A DNA stretch of 64,000 nucleotides, from positions 1,219,897-1,283,896 of the forward strand of contig JAKMXF010000332.1 of assembly GCA_024704765.1 (NCBI GenBank), given 5' to 3'. This DNA comes from Oopsacas minuta (Eukaryota > Animalia > Porifera). Numbering within the stretch: the first letter of the stretch is position 1; each line of letters starts with the position of its first letter. The translations under genes and the position numbers were made by a program. The notes under the pieces are model-generated. The model did not search any database, had not been told where the DNA came from, and saw only the letters and a list, made by a program, of their open reading frames with translations. Positions 1-12,289 of this stretch are shown here, piece by piece.

Positions 1-521
1 AATTGGCCATAAATTACGAACCATTCAAATTTTATACTCGAATGACTCCTTAAATAGAACATCACAAATTTTTGTATACTAAACATGAGAAATCGCAATA
101 GTAGTTTTACTTAATCCCATATTACACATAATCTCATCATATTCATCAAATTTTCAGTGATTTCAAACCCTACTTACGCTATATCTACAGGATAGTTTTG
201 GATAATCCAGGAAAACAAAAATATTTTTGAAAATTAATTTCAGACATCAAGAATTATGAATTATCCAAATGATTCATAATTCTTGTTGTCTGAATTGAAT
301 TCAAAATTATTTTTGTTTTTCCTGGATTTTGCAAAAATATACTGTGGATATAGCGTAATAGTGTTAAAATATTTAAGTATAAAAATACATTGAATAAATT
401 TTAGGATTTTCAGATCATTTTGAGTCAATTCAAAATGATCTGAAAAATACATCACTTTTTGATCTGATTGGATTGAGTTGGATGGTAAATATGATTTCAA
501 TTGATTGAGTTATTACTCCGG

Positions 522-670
522 TAGGGCTGTATCAACTCATTTTGAGTTGGCAAAAATCAATTCATTTCCTTGAATGAGTTGAAAGAGTTGGTTGGGATCA
601 AATGAATAAGTTGACAACGCATATCGGGCCTGAATGAATTTTTGCCAACTTAAAATGAGTTGATACAGAC
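522..670. mobile_element. Short hAT-like MITE (CAACTCATT-repeat family)
   Basis: Inverted ends ctgtatcaactcatttttgagttggcaaaaa / ttttgccaacttaaaatgagttgatacag; same terminus as the element at 6049-6383; right end degenerate. Confidence 0.65.
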
Positions 671-769
671 ATTCGGATGCTTCACTTATTAGTACTGCAA
701 AATGAATGGAAAATGATCGGTGGCGGATCAGATCATTCAATATGATTTCATTGATCTAAATTTGAAATA

Positions 770-915
770 AATTGATTTGATTTCAAGTAATTTGATTGAT
801 TATTGAATTTATTGAATTGAATTAAATTGAATTATATTGATTGGATTAGATTTGATATGATATGATTTGAATTTAGATTGAAATAGAATCCAATGAATTG
901 ATTTCGTTTGATTTA
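770..915. repeat. Degenerate (ATTGA)n-type microsatellite / low-complexity tract
   Basis: Run of attga/tttga/attgg pentamer variants. Confidence 0.7.
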
Positions 916-929
916 AATTGAATCACTAT

Positions 930-1380
930 AATCACGAACACCTATATATAGACGGAAGTGACACTCTCACATCACAATACAATCCATATAGGCCTAGTTT
1001 GTTCTACCCATAGCCTACTAAAGAAAGGACTGATCACTGAGTCAATTCTCACTGCCAGGAATAAAAGGAAGTGGATATATTTTGATGAGAAATTCTATAA
1101 TCATCGATAATATGAAACTGGTACATTTTCACCTGAATAAATGTAAGCAAGAATTAACAACAGCCACATAGATTTACAGATCGAAGTGAGGTATTTACTA
1201 GCGAAATTGGCACATATGTATTAAAAAATGTTCCATCTTTGAAAGCAAGTATAACGTTAATTATAACTCTATATTCAAAATGTTGAAATTCCAATGATCT
1301 AAATCCGTTTCTTTAAAAAATATTAAAAAAATGAAGAATTTCCCATCAAAATATATCCACTTACTTTTATCCCTGGCCGA
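930..1380. repeat. Partial arm of the large palindromic repeat family
   Basis: Shares aatatgaaactggtacattttcacc...gcgaaattggca...taacgttaa with 12290-12560, inversely with 14330-14570, and catagcctacta with ~21820. Confidence 0.65.
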
Positions 1381-1381
1381 A

Positions 1382-2263
1382 AGTAGTGATCAGGAAGGGG
1401 TATTCTATATCCAAGAGCACTGTGCACTCATATTCATCCAAATCCCTGGGAGTTAAGGCCTTCAAACGACCTAAACAGCCAAAATTGACCGGAAAGCAAA
1501 AGACAAACAGACTGGAATTCTGTCAAAAATACAGTGTGTGGTCAGTAGATGATTGGAAATGTATTCTCTGGACAGATGAGTCACCCTTCGAACTTTTCCA
1601 TTCATCCAATCATCAAAATTATTGTGTCTGGTGTCATAATTCTTCAGATGTTCTCCCTCAGGAAACGGTTAAATTCCGAAGAAATCATGGTTTGGGGCAT
1701 GATGAGCCATCAGGCACTATCAGAATTACACTTTGTGCCACCCAAACGAACTGTGAATGCTTCTTATTATGTGTCTGAAATACTGACCAAAACCTGTAAA
1801 GATGCACTAAACCGCAAACGAAAACAGGGACAATACTCGAAAAGAGAATGATAGCAGACCCGTTGAAGGCCACATTGATGCAAGATGGTGCTCCACCCCA
1901 CAGAGCCAACATTACTCAAGATTGGTGTAAAAACCACTGACCAAATTTCTGGGCTAAAGAGAAGTGGCCAGGTAACTCTCCAGACCTGAATCCAATTGAG
2001 AATCTTTGGTCAATTCTCAAACAGAGACTTGACGAGTTGCCTCAATCAAATAACCTAGAAAACCTTAAGAAATCTCTAAAAATGGCCTGGTCCAACATTG
2101 ATCCATCTTGTCTCGAGAATCTAGTTACAGGGATGCCCAATAGAATTAGAAAATGTTTAGAATTGGAGGGTGGTTATATTAGGAAATAAATGAATTCAAT
2201 AGTACACTGGTATTTTCTTATTCTTAACATAACGTAAGGTGACATTAATTTCTGGACACCCTG
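1382..2263 (+). mobile_element. 5'-truncated Tc1-like element, DD37E transposase pseudogene
   Basis: Frameshifted motifs LWTDES, MVWGMM, MQDGAPPH...WPGNSPDLNPIENLW (37 residues between second D and E; in-frame TGA); right TIR ...tctggacaccctg followed by TA. Confidence 0.9.
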
Positions 2264-3789
2264 TATTGTCCAGGTTGAACCAAAACCATCTGGTCACCCT
2301 AAACAAAGGACATGATTATATCGTTCCAAAACACCTACTGAGTACTGGGCAGGATTAACACATGGGAAACAGGGACAATGCCCAGGGGCCACAACAACCA
2401 AAATATAATTTCATGCTTGCCAACAGCCCCGTTTTTGGGAGCGATATCCCGCTTTAGTTGAGGCAAATGTCAACCAAAACTTGCCAAAAACATAAATTAT
2501 CCTGCTTTTTGTAGTGCAGTCAAATGCAAATATAAAGCGTCCTGCAATCTTCTGCTAAATTAACACCTTTCGTCCCGCTTTTCCTTCACTCTGGTTGGCA
2601 AGTATGTGTTTTAAGGCAGTTGAAACAACAGATTTACTAACCTTGTATAGATTTACTGTGTGACATGTGTTCCTAAATCTTAGCGATTCATCCAGAGAAA
2701 CAACGAAATCATGGATCTCATCATAGTTGTTTCCAAGTTCAATACAATTGATTAGAAATCGCAACAGGCCGCGTCATACAGGTCTGAAGCCCTGCCCTGC
2801 CACATGTATATCTACAAGGGCAAGCTGCATTTGTCAGAATTTTGAAGTTGTCAGTTGTCAGAAAAATGTAGTTGTCACAGGTTAGAATGGACTTTAGCAG
2901 AATTGTCACATGTCAGAATGGATATTTTATATTGTCACTTGTTAGAATCCTTAGATTTTTGATAATAATTGTCAGAGTAACCAGAATGCAGATTACTTTT
3001 GTTATTTATTAACGAATCTGAGAAGATATTTTTTGTCACTTGTGTAGTTTGTTATTTTTCTGGTGTTAACAGTTCTGGTGTCAAGTCAATCTAAAATGTG
3101 AACAATGAAATATCGTGTATAATTAGCGAATCATATAACCATCATAATATAAACGATAATGGAATTACCTCACAAGAATATAAACGATCCTTGGCAAAGA
3201 TTATTACAACAGCGGACGGACATAATTATGTTCATTCTAAATTCACGGATGATTATATTTATCTTATATGCGCGATATTTAGGACAGGTTGTAAGGGAAC
3301 CAGCAAATTGAACCGTGTAAGAAGTCTGATTCCTCGAATGAAACAGTACATCATGATATTGGATACTATAAAACTGATGGATACCAACACAAAACAAACT
3401 GTAAAACAATCGCTAAACAATCACAAACAAACATAAGAAATATATTTGATGACGCAACAAGAAACTACGTCTGCGCAGCTGATATTTAGTTCGAGGAATG
3501 TGAGTCGTCAATGTATCGCGCAAGAAGGACACTTCAACCTAAAAGTCCTCTTACATTTACATAGTTCTGTGATATGTTAATAACATCAACTTTACAGACA
3601 ATCTCAATTTCTCGGTAACTATTAAAAATCAATTCTTATCAGATGAAATAAGAACTCTCTTCAATGAAACAACGAATGTCAAATTTGATGATACGCGGGT
3701 CCAACTGATGAACATACTACTGATTCCTCACTTGACACCGATCCGTGCTATTCTTTACTTGAGAACCTATCTAATATATCACTAGATCC

Positions 3790-4290
3790 TCACACGTTCA
3801 ATCCTTAGCATTCATTGGCGGATATACAATTCACCAGCTAGGAAAACACTTTGCCCCTTGTAATCATTTCCTGAAATTATTCACAAAATATAAAATCCTT
3901 CATATAGATGAACTTCCAGTGTCAAAATTCAAATGCTAGAGTTAATTGACAGAGGAAACCTCAAATGGCCTTATGATGCTGTTATAGATGCTGTAATTAT
4001 TGTTCCGAAACTGTTTGTACATATTGAGAGAAGTGATGAATTGATGAATCAGTCTGGCAGGATCCACCAAGAGAATCCTTGTGGAACTTGCAACAACAAA
4101 GATGGAAAATGTTCAAAGCGAAATTTGGAGAAATAAATGCTCCATTGTGATCACTTTGGTTGGAATTATCCTAGAAGAATACTCACTCAAAATGCATAAT
4201 CTCGAATAAAGTAAGGAATTTCAATTCTCAGGTGACTTCCAGTCAAGAGATAAAATAAGTAATCGTAAAATTAAAAAGCTGAAACCTACA
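3790..4290 (+). pseudogene. P-element/THAP9-like transposase C-terminal fragment
   Basis: Hand translation LAFIGGYTIH...LELIDRGNLKWPYDAVIDAV resembles the L-YIAGY...LI---DRGGL--PS pattern of P-like transposase C-termini. Confidence 0.5.
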
Positions 4291-4597
4291 GCCACAACCC
4301 AGAGAAATCTTCAGGTAGATAAGCACAAAGGTTCTGATGATTAGGCTGCATTTCTTAGATATTGTTATTATGAAAATACATCTACTAGCATCTAAATAGA
4401 ATATTCATTGAGATAATTAAATATTGTATTATTTCCAAACATCCATGGCATTTCTGTTGCTGAGCCTTGTGTAAAGTAGGCTATGATGATACTTGCTATT
4501 TATTGGCATGTAGTTTCATGTCTATCTGATAATTAAGTTCAAACAGTTAAGAAATAAACTCTGATAATCTATAATATGAAAACGCAGTTAATCTATA

Positions 4598-5653
4598 CTA
4601 GCGCTCTTCGCTCAAAAACAGCTTAGTGCTCCAGGTTAGTATAAGTATTGAACAGCTAAAGTACTTGATAGTTTGAGTCGCTACCGCGACTGAATATTAT
4701 ACTCGGCATTACGTGCCTCGAGGATAATGTCTTGCGGAAATTTAGATTTTGTATTATCCCTAGCCAATCCAAATTCTATTTAATGCCCTTATGTTGTAAT
4801 TGTTGAGGTGCTAAGTGGCTATTAGTTTGTAATCTCGGAATTTCGTGCCTTGGGTACTAAGATACCTTAAAACTGGAGAAAATTGATATTTTGAAGTAAT
4901 AATGGCGTAATAATCCCATGATAAGTTTTGAATTTGGCCAAAACATTTGGCATAATAAGGGTTATCTACAATGACGTCATAATTTCGTAATAGATATGAA
5001 TTTTGTCCGAGCCAGGCCAAATTCAACCCCTATTTGTATGTCTAGAATTGATTTAAGAAACTGGAGAACCCTCAAGGTTGATTTTCTGCATACAAGGGTA
5101 TTTCGAGCCTGGCTTGGACAAGTTCGAGTCTTGGCCGAAAATTCACACCTGTGACGAAATTATGAAGTCATTGTCACCTTTTTGGACTTTCGAAAATTCA
5201 CATTAATAGCCACTGCTCAGACAAGATACATGATAGAAGTTGAAATTTGAATCACAGATACACCTCAATATGCCAAACGTTATGATTTCATAATTTTGGC
5301 CAAATACAAACTCATCATGGCATTATTAGGTCATCATGACTGTACAAAAAATTATCCAAATTTCGATATTTTTAAGAATTTCATATTATCCGAGACACGA
5401 ATTGCCCAGATTACTAACCTAAAGCCACATAAGAGTTCCAGTATGACCACCTAAGACAATTAAATGGAATTTGGCAGCTCTATGGATAATAAAATATTCA
5501 AATTCCACAGAAGATTAACCTTGAGGCACTGTAGTACCGAGATATCCCTTCGCGTAGCGACCAAAACCATAAAAAAAATGTAGCTGTTTAATACTTAAGC
5601 TAGCCTCAGGTCCTAAGCAGTTGCACAGCGACCTAGCAAGCGATTCGTGCTAG
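4598..5653. mobile_element. ~1.05-kb diverged palindrome with Helitron-like 3' termini at both ends
   Basis: Arms align as imperfect inverted repeats around ~5065; both ends finish in a gcga-type motif + CTAG followed by T (gagcgaagagcgCTAG|T on minus; caagcgattcgtgCTAG|T on plus). Confidence 0.65.
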
Positions 5654-5809
5654 TTACAATTACTACGAGTAATAAATTGGATACTGACATGTGACAATAT
5701 TAGAAATATCCATCCTGACATTGACAATATTCCAAATATTCATTCTGATTTGTTACAACTTCAAAATTCTGACAAGTGCATGCAACCCGTCTAACAACAT
5801 AGTTTAGAA

Positions 5810-5990
5810 TCAATATCATTAAATCTCATTTTTAGTCTGCCTGTTTGTCTGTCTGTTTGTTTGTCTTCAAGGAAAGGATTTATGGTATCTATATTGAATG
5901 TATTTGTGCATAGCATTCTATATTTAAGGTAATGGCGTGCTTAATAATTTTTGGACTAAGGATAAAATTGTTAATTTATATATTTACATA
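5810..5990 (+). mobile_element. 5' fragment of the non-autonomous Helitron family
   Basis: a|tcaatatcattaaatctc followed by a gtct/gttt microsatellite and caaggaaaggatttatggtat, as at 10405 and 56442. Confidence 0.6.
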
Positions 5991-6048
5991 GGGAAGTCTA
6001 TTTGTTTCGATATTATCAAAATGGTGCATTTATCCCTAATAAATGTGT

Positions 6049-6383
6049 CAGGGCTGTATCAACTCATTTTATTGAATGAGTTGAATAAGTTGAATGAGTT
6101 GATAGTTCAATGAAATGAGTTCAAATGAGTTCAACTCATTTTAGAAATGAGTTGATTGAACCAACTCATTTTAGATAATGAATTGCTGAATCAACTCATT
6201 TTACGCATATTTTCCTTTCGGCTTATTATGTTAATGATCTCTGATACGGTCAGGGCTGTATCAACTCATTTTGGGTTGGCAAATCAACTCATTTTATTGA
6301 ATGAGTTGAATGAGTTGGTTACATCCAAATGAATGAGTTGAATGAGTTGGTGCAATAAAAATGAATGAGTTGATACAGCCCTG
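6049..6383. mobile_element. hAT-family MITE with internal CAACTCATT arrays
   Basis: TIR cagggctgtatcaactcatt / aatgagttgatacagccctg; perfect 8-bp TSD AAATGTGT; a second left TIR at 6251. Confidence 0.9.
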
Positions 6384-6611
6384 AAATGTGTTATTGATAC
6401 TTAAAACTACACAAAGTCTATACCTACAATCTATTTCCGGATCGAAATAATGTAATCTGGATGAGTACAAAGCAATTTGGTCAACAAAATGCTCCAATTT
6501 GAAAGCATTGTAAAGAAATAACTATTGCCTTTAAAGCTACAGAATGTACACATTTTGTTCTAAGGACGTGTTATACGTTAATAATAATGTAAATAATTTC
6601 TTATGATAAAG

Positions 6612-7135
6612 CAGACACGTTCTAGAGTCATAGTAGTGACCATGGATGGCATATTTTTGTCAAACGTTACCTATAACTTGACAACCTTTATAGATATGGC
6701 CAAATTGTCTTGCAATCAGGTTCTCTATACCCAACTTCCAGTACCCTGATGATATATTCTATTGTCATATTTCCGACCATTGTGAAGCAATTATCAATTA
6801 TGCAATATATGGTCATTTTCAAGATTGCGCACAATGGTTTGAGATATGACATCAAAATGTATTATCAGGATATGAAAAGTTGAGTATATAGAACCTGTTT
6901 CCAAGACGATTTTGCCATGTCTATAAAGGGTGTCAAGTAATCGGTAAAGATTGACCAAAATATGCCATCCATGGTCACTACATATCCCTAGAACAGTGGT
7001 TCTCGACCGGGGGTCCGCGGCCTAAAAATGTTTTCGTTATGTTTATTAGCAGGGGATCCACGGACTCCATAAAATGGACCAAGAGGTCCGCAGAAGAAAA
7101 AAGGTTGAGAACAAATGCCCTAGAACTTGCACACA
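6612..7135. repeat. Palindromic repeat (ATATATGG-core family) interrupted by a MITE
   Basis: Inverted arms ttctagagtcatagtagtgaccatggatggcatatt / aatatgccatccatggtcactacatatccctagaa; centre near 6810. Confidence 0.75.
6994..7117. mobile_element. hAT-Charlie-type MITE
   Basis: TIR cagtggttctcgacc / ggttgagaacaaatg; perfect 8-bp TSD CCCTAGAA. Confidence 0.88.
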
Positions 7136-7488
7136 GTGCCCAAACATCTTCGAATAGTCAATAAATTGACCTCCTCAAATCAATTCGAAAACATCATAAT
7201 CGTTTTCAGCAGTCTCGAAAACCCTAAAATCGACTAAAATATTGATTAATCATATGTCAATATGGAGTATTTTATGGATAACCCCAGAGTACAAACAAAT
7301 TTATAAACTAGAATATTGTTGTATTATTCTATTATATTATCACTAACTTGTGTATCTTTCTTATCAAAAGAATTTCAAAGTTAGAAGAAATATTTCTAAA
7401 TAAACTTAATCTAGGCACAAGTGCTGAGCAATAGACTACTTAATACTATGGACTATGGACTCTCAATCTCAATAGGTTATGAAAAATC

Positions 7489-7624
7489 AACCTCAAGGCA
7501 CGTAGTACTGAGTATATACCCTCGCGTAGCGACCAAGAGTAGTAAGAAATGCCGCTATTTAATACTTAAGCTAACCTGAGGTCCTACGCTGTCGCGCAGC
7601 GGCCTAGCAAGCAAAACACGCTAA
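7489..7624 (+). mobile_element. Isolated Helitron-like 3' segment
   Basis: Homologous to 5515-5653 (cgcgtagcgaccaa...aatacttaagcta...cctagcaagc); ends in ctaa|t. Confidence 0.6.
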
Positions 7625-10242
7625 TAAATCAATAATCGTGAAAGTTATTGTCAAATCAGGATAGCCTATTTATAGTGCGATATAGCCGACTTCCCATTAA
7701 CTTGTAACACATTTTGACATGATATCTCTTAAGCTTATTGCGTAATCATAAAAATGACTATATATGAGTATATTCACGATTGCGTAACATTGGTAAAATT
7801 ATCATGACAATATGTATAGCCTTCTCTATATAAGGCTACCATCAGATGTACCAGGGATATAGTAGTGCACGGTAATTATTATATTAGCATACAGAATGGT
7901 TTCCTATCGCACAAACAGTACTTATATGCCCAAGTAAATGTATCATAGATATGTAGAATAGCATGTCTCCAAAACCAACAAAGCAAAAAAATACCAAAAT
8001 GTGCCAATTTATTTGCTTAGTACTCATTATTTGGAGAATATGGCCCAATCTTTGATGAGCTGTAGAACGTCAAATATTGCATCTTTGGTTTCAAAGTTAA
8101 TGTACGAAATGATGTAAGGATACTTTTGTACACATATTAAAAATTTGTCATGATAAAGTTGACAGGTTTTTGAGTTACAGTGGTGACCTTGGATGGTGAT
8201 AATTTGTCATTATGCATTTATAAGTCGAAAACTCTCAATGATATAACAAAGCTCACTATTGCCAATTTATAGTATATACCCCGATTTCCCATACCCTTTT
8301 AGTACTTGTTGATATGATATCTCCTACGATAATTACGCACTCCTGAATATTACCATATATGGCTTTATTGATGACTATGCGATAATCCTTGTAGATATCA
8401 TATCAAATCAAAATGTACCACAAGGGCATGGGAAATCGGCAATAGTGAGTTTTGTTATATCATTGAGGGTTTTCTACTTATAAATCATAGTGACGGGGCG
8501 CTGCATTTGTTAGAATTTTGACACTGTCATTTGTTAGAATTATCCCAATTGTCGTTTGTCAGAACAGTTTTTCAGGTTACTGTCACTTCTTAGAATAATT
8601 AGTATATCCATATAATATCGGTCAACTTTTATGTATTCTCAATAAATTTTTCTATAGTCAGAATCCATCAAATCCACGTCTATTCATCATCATTTCTAAA
8701 ATCTGATTCTTTGTTAAATAAACAATTATCTTGTTTTTGATTGCCACTTCACGTATGAAACGCATACACCAACTTCCAAATAGAGTATAAATTCATAACT
8801 TAACTGTTCTAAAATATTATTGTCATGGAATACACATTAGATGAAACAAGCGCAGTGTCGGAAGAATTTTTACAACTCAAGATGGTAACAAATATATTAA
8901 ATCAAAAGTAAAGGGCAGTTTAGTGTACCTTCGATGTGTGTTGTTTAGAGGTGGGTGTAAGGGTTCTAGTAAACTAAATCATGAAACCAATTTGATCACA
9001 CCTTTGAAATTGCATAGTTATAATGTAGAAACGTATCAAACAGAAGTTTATCAATTGAAAACAAGATGTAAAACTATGGCCGCGAATCCACAAACTAAAT
9101 CTCGAAGAGTTTTTACGATGTTGCAAGAAATGATCCTTGTGCAAGTGATATCGCTTTACAGAATGCGAGTCATCCCTCTAATGAGGGAGGCGTAAATTAC
9201 AACCGAAAATTCCGCTTACAGCTTCCGAGTTTGTTGCTTTGTTGCCAACAACAACATTGGGGGAATATTATAAGTATAGCGTATCGAGAAGTGAACAAGC
9301 AGGTGTGATCCTTTTTTCAGAGCAGATGCAAACATTTTTGGACGAGGTGGCCAATGTTCAATTTGATGGAACATTTTTTACCTTTCCAACTCAATTCTCT
9401 CAGCTCTGGACAATATTTGTTACAGTGGGAAGACATGCTTTACCAGTTGTACATTATTTAATGACATTCAAGACCCGGGAATTATATCAAGCAGTATTGG
9501 AAAGTATCTTTATTAATGTTCCACAATTTCGGCCATTAGCGACTATGTCAGATTGGGAACCAGCAGCAAGAAATGCTTTTAAGGTAGTGTTCTCTCAAGC
9601 GAGAATTCTCAGTTGCTGGTTTCATTACACCCAGCGAATTTGGGCTAAATCACAAAAATTTGGTCTTACCCAAAGTTTGGGAGATAGTCCAGAAGTAATT
9701 GGTTACATAAAACAATTAATGGCAATCTCGATTTGCCAGCTCCACTAATTATTCCCACTTTCGAATTCCTTCTAATTCCAGTCATAGAAAATACTGAGAA
9801 ATCAAAATTCGAAAAACTTAAGAACTATTGCAAAACGTTGGATCAATCAAATAACTCCGGAAGAACTTTCTATTTATGAAATCAACATCGCTACTAATAA
9901 TGGGGCAGAAAGCTATCATTCTAAACTTAAATCAATTGTGAGAACCAATCATCCAAGTATTGGACGTTCACGGAAACTGTATTAAATGAAATAATACAAG
10001 ATACAAATAATGATATAGGACGTTTTCGGAAGGGAAGAGGAATCAGCTGACCACGAAAAAAAACATAAAAAATTAAGAACGTAGGAATATTTCCACCAAA
10101 GTTGTCTTGTGGAGACTACAACCCGATGGAATTCCTGAAAGCGATTAGCAACACAACTGACAACATAAATTCGCAAGAATATTTTTCATCAAGTGATTAT
10201 TCTGATGACGAAAATGTTGAGGCAACTGGAGAAATTCACAAG

Positions 10243-10404
10243 TGCGTTATTTGTCTAGCGCATCGTACAGAAACATAGATCTTCATGCCTTGTAGACATG
10301 CCAACTGCTGTACGGAGTGTAGCAAATCAATCGAAGAACTAGGACACCCTTGTCCAGTGTGCCGTTCGATAATCGAAACACGATTTCAAATATTCACAAG
10401 TTAA
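10243..10404 (+). pseudogene. RING-HC (C3HC4) finger at the end of the MULE transposase frame
   Basis: CVICLAHRTET*IFMPCRHANCCTECSKSIEELGHPCPVCRSIIETRFQIFTS*; one internal TAG; in frame with the upstream MEFLKAIS. Confidence 0.88.
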
Positions 10405-11100
10405 TCTATATTATTAAATCTCAAAGCTTGTTTGTCTGTTTGTCTGTTTGTTAGTTTGTCCGTTGTCAAGAAAAGGATTTATGGTATGCTATTATGAAAT
10501 TGTCGCAAAACTATGTATTTATCGTGATTATCAAGGAAATAGAATTCAATAAAACTCCACTAAATATGTCGAACTTGCTGTATCCGATTTTCACACTTTT
10601 GGTTTAATCAATGTAAATTTATTGTTGTTTTTATGAATATAAAGTAAACAAATTCCAAAATTGAGGTAGAATCATACTTTAAACGACTATCCTGGGATAA
10701 TCGAGTACGCTGAGTCTGAATATGGTATTGTAAACAACATATTGTGAATATTTATTCACTTTTAGGTACATAAAGTAAACAAATTTCAAAATTGGGTAGA
10801 ATCATATTTTCAACGACTATCCTGGGGTATTCGAGTATGCTGAGTCCGAATATGGTATTGAAACAACATATTGTGAATATTTGTTTACTTTTAAGTACAT
10901 AAAGTAAACAAATTTCAAAATTAAGGTAGAATCATGCTTTCAACGACTATACTGGGGTAATCGAGTAGACTGAGTCTGAATATTGTAAGCAACCATCAAT
11001 ATTATTAATTCTCAATTGTTGTTTGTCTGTTTGTTTGTCCGTTGAATAGATCGAGGCGCAATGCGCCGAGTTCATCGCGAAGCGACGAGCCAAAGGCTCG
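10405..11100 (+). mobile_element. Non-autonomous Helitron with ~130-bp internal tandem repeats
   Basis: A|TCTATATTATTAAA 5' end, gtct/gttt microsatellite, three ~130-bp units (aaagtaaacaaatt...cgactatcctggg), terminal hairpin acgagcc-aaa-ggctcg|T; inserted between A and T. Confidence 0.75.
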
Positions 11101-12289
11101 TAACATTTAATATTATGATCTTTCATTACATATAATTATTTCAATTAATTATATTATTACTATATTTTCCAGATATAACATTAAAGCTATCATTTATCTC
11201 CACGAAATATATGTTCAATAAATAAAAATTCATCAAAAAAATAATACCCGATATACATAGCTGAAACTAAAAATAATACATATAAGCACTGATACTAACG
11301 GAAAATTTATTCAATATTTCTAAAAGTAACAGTCGATTGAAATTATATTCTAACAAGTGACAGTAGGGAAAATTCTAACAAATAACAGTCTCAAAATTCT
11401 AACAAATGCATGCACCTCATATTGACAAATTAACACCATCCATGGTCACTACTGTAACTCAAAAACCTGTCAACTTTATCATAACAAATTATTAATATGA
11501 AATACAAAAGCATCTTTACATCATTTTCGTACATTAACTTTGAAATCAAAGATGCGATATTTGACGTTCTACAGCTCATCAAAGATGGGCCCATATTCTC
11601 TAAATAATGCTTACTAAGCATAGAAATTGGCACATTTTGAGAATTTTTTGTTTTGTTTGGAGACATGATATTCTACATATCTATAATACATTTATTTGGG
11701 CATAAAGGTACTGTTTGTGCGATAGAAACCATTCTGTATACTAAGATAATATATCCGTACACTCCAAATATTCAAGGTTGATGGTACGGCTTATATAGAG
11801 AAGGCTATGCAATATGTATTACAATGGTATAGGAAGGCGGGTTTATACTACATTGTTATAAATAGGCCATACTGATTTGGCTTCCACGATTGTTGAGAAA
11901 TAAACTTACAATTGGGAGTTCATATTAATGTGTCATCCATGGTCCGTACTATAACTCAAGAACTAGCCAACTTTAACATGACAATGTATTTATATCTATT
12001 ATAGAATTTGTAGATGGTTTATTTGTGTTCCGAATTGATTGAGGAACTTGTAAGAGCTAGAGACTTGAAATTTGGCATATGTCTGGAAGATGATAAATCT
12101 AGGAACAATTTCAAATATTTAAGGGATATCTCAAAAACTCTCTGAGATAGGTCTCAAAATGTATTGACCTATCAGATTCGAGGGTTTACCAATTGTGATA
12201 TTATTAGCCATATCCTACAAAAGATAAGACCTAATCACTACTTTGGACCAGGGATAAGAGGAAGCGGATATATTTTGATTGGAAAATCA

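Larger units (their letters stand above)
2818..5788 (+). mobile_element. Decayed MULE (Mutator-like) element with internal foreign inserts
   Basis: TIRs gggcaagctgcatttgtcagaattttgaagttgt / acaacttcaaaattctgacaagtgcatgcaaccc; ORF 3098-3436 has a FLYWCH/WRKY-like C-x4-C motif homologous to the 8923 ORF; core truncated near the first catalytic D (~3690). Confidence 0.7.
8495..11416 (+). mobile_element. MULE element with FLYWCH-like / MULE transposase / RING-HC pseudogene
   Basis: TIRs tgcatttgttagaattttga / tcaaaattctaacaaatgca; 10-bp TSD TCATAGTGAC/TCATATTGAC; motifs C-x4-C, FDGTF, MSDWEPAARNAF, CWFH, TNNGAESYHSKL; C-terminal RING. Confidence 0.9.
7790..11830. repeat. Large palindromic repeat split by the MULE insertion
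   Basis: 7800-8190 is the reverse complement of 11430-11815; centre ttaccatatatggc near 8355; the right arm resumes directly after the MULE TSD. Confidence 0.8.

Noticed and set aside
2280-2810. hAT termini and ORF 2555-2764 as a discrete element
   Set aside because: Only unpaired, degraded TIR-like fragments from different families; no TSD or diagnostic protein motif.
10630-11000. CRISPR-like appearance of regularly spaced repeats
   Set aside because: Units are ~130-bp degenerate tandem copies without unique spacers, inside a Helitron in eukaryotic DNA; no cas genes.
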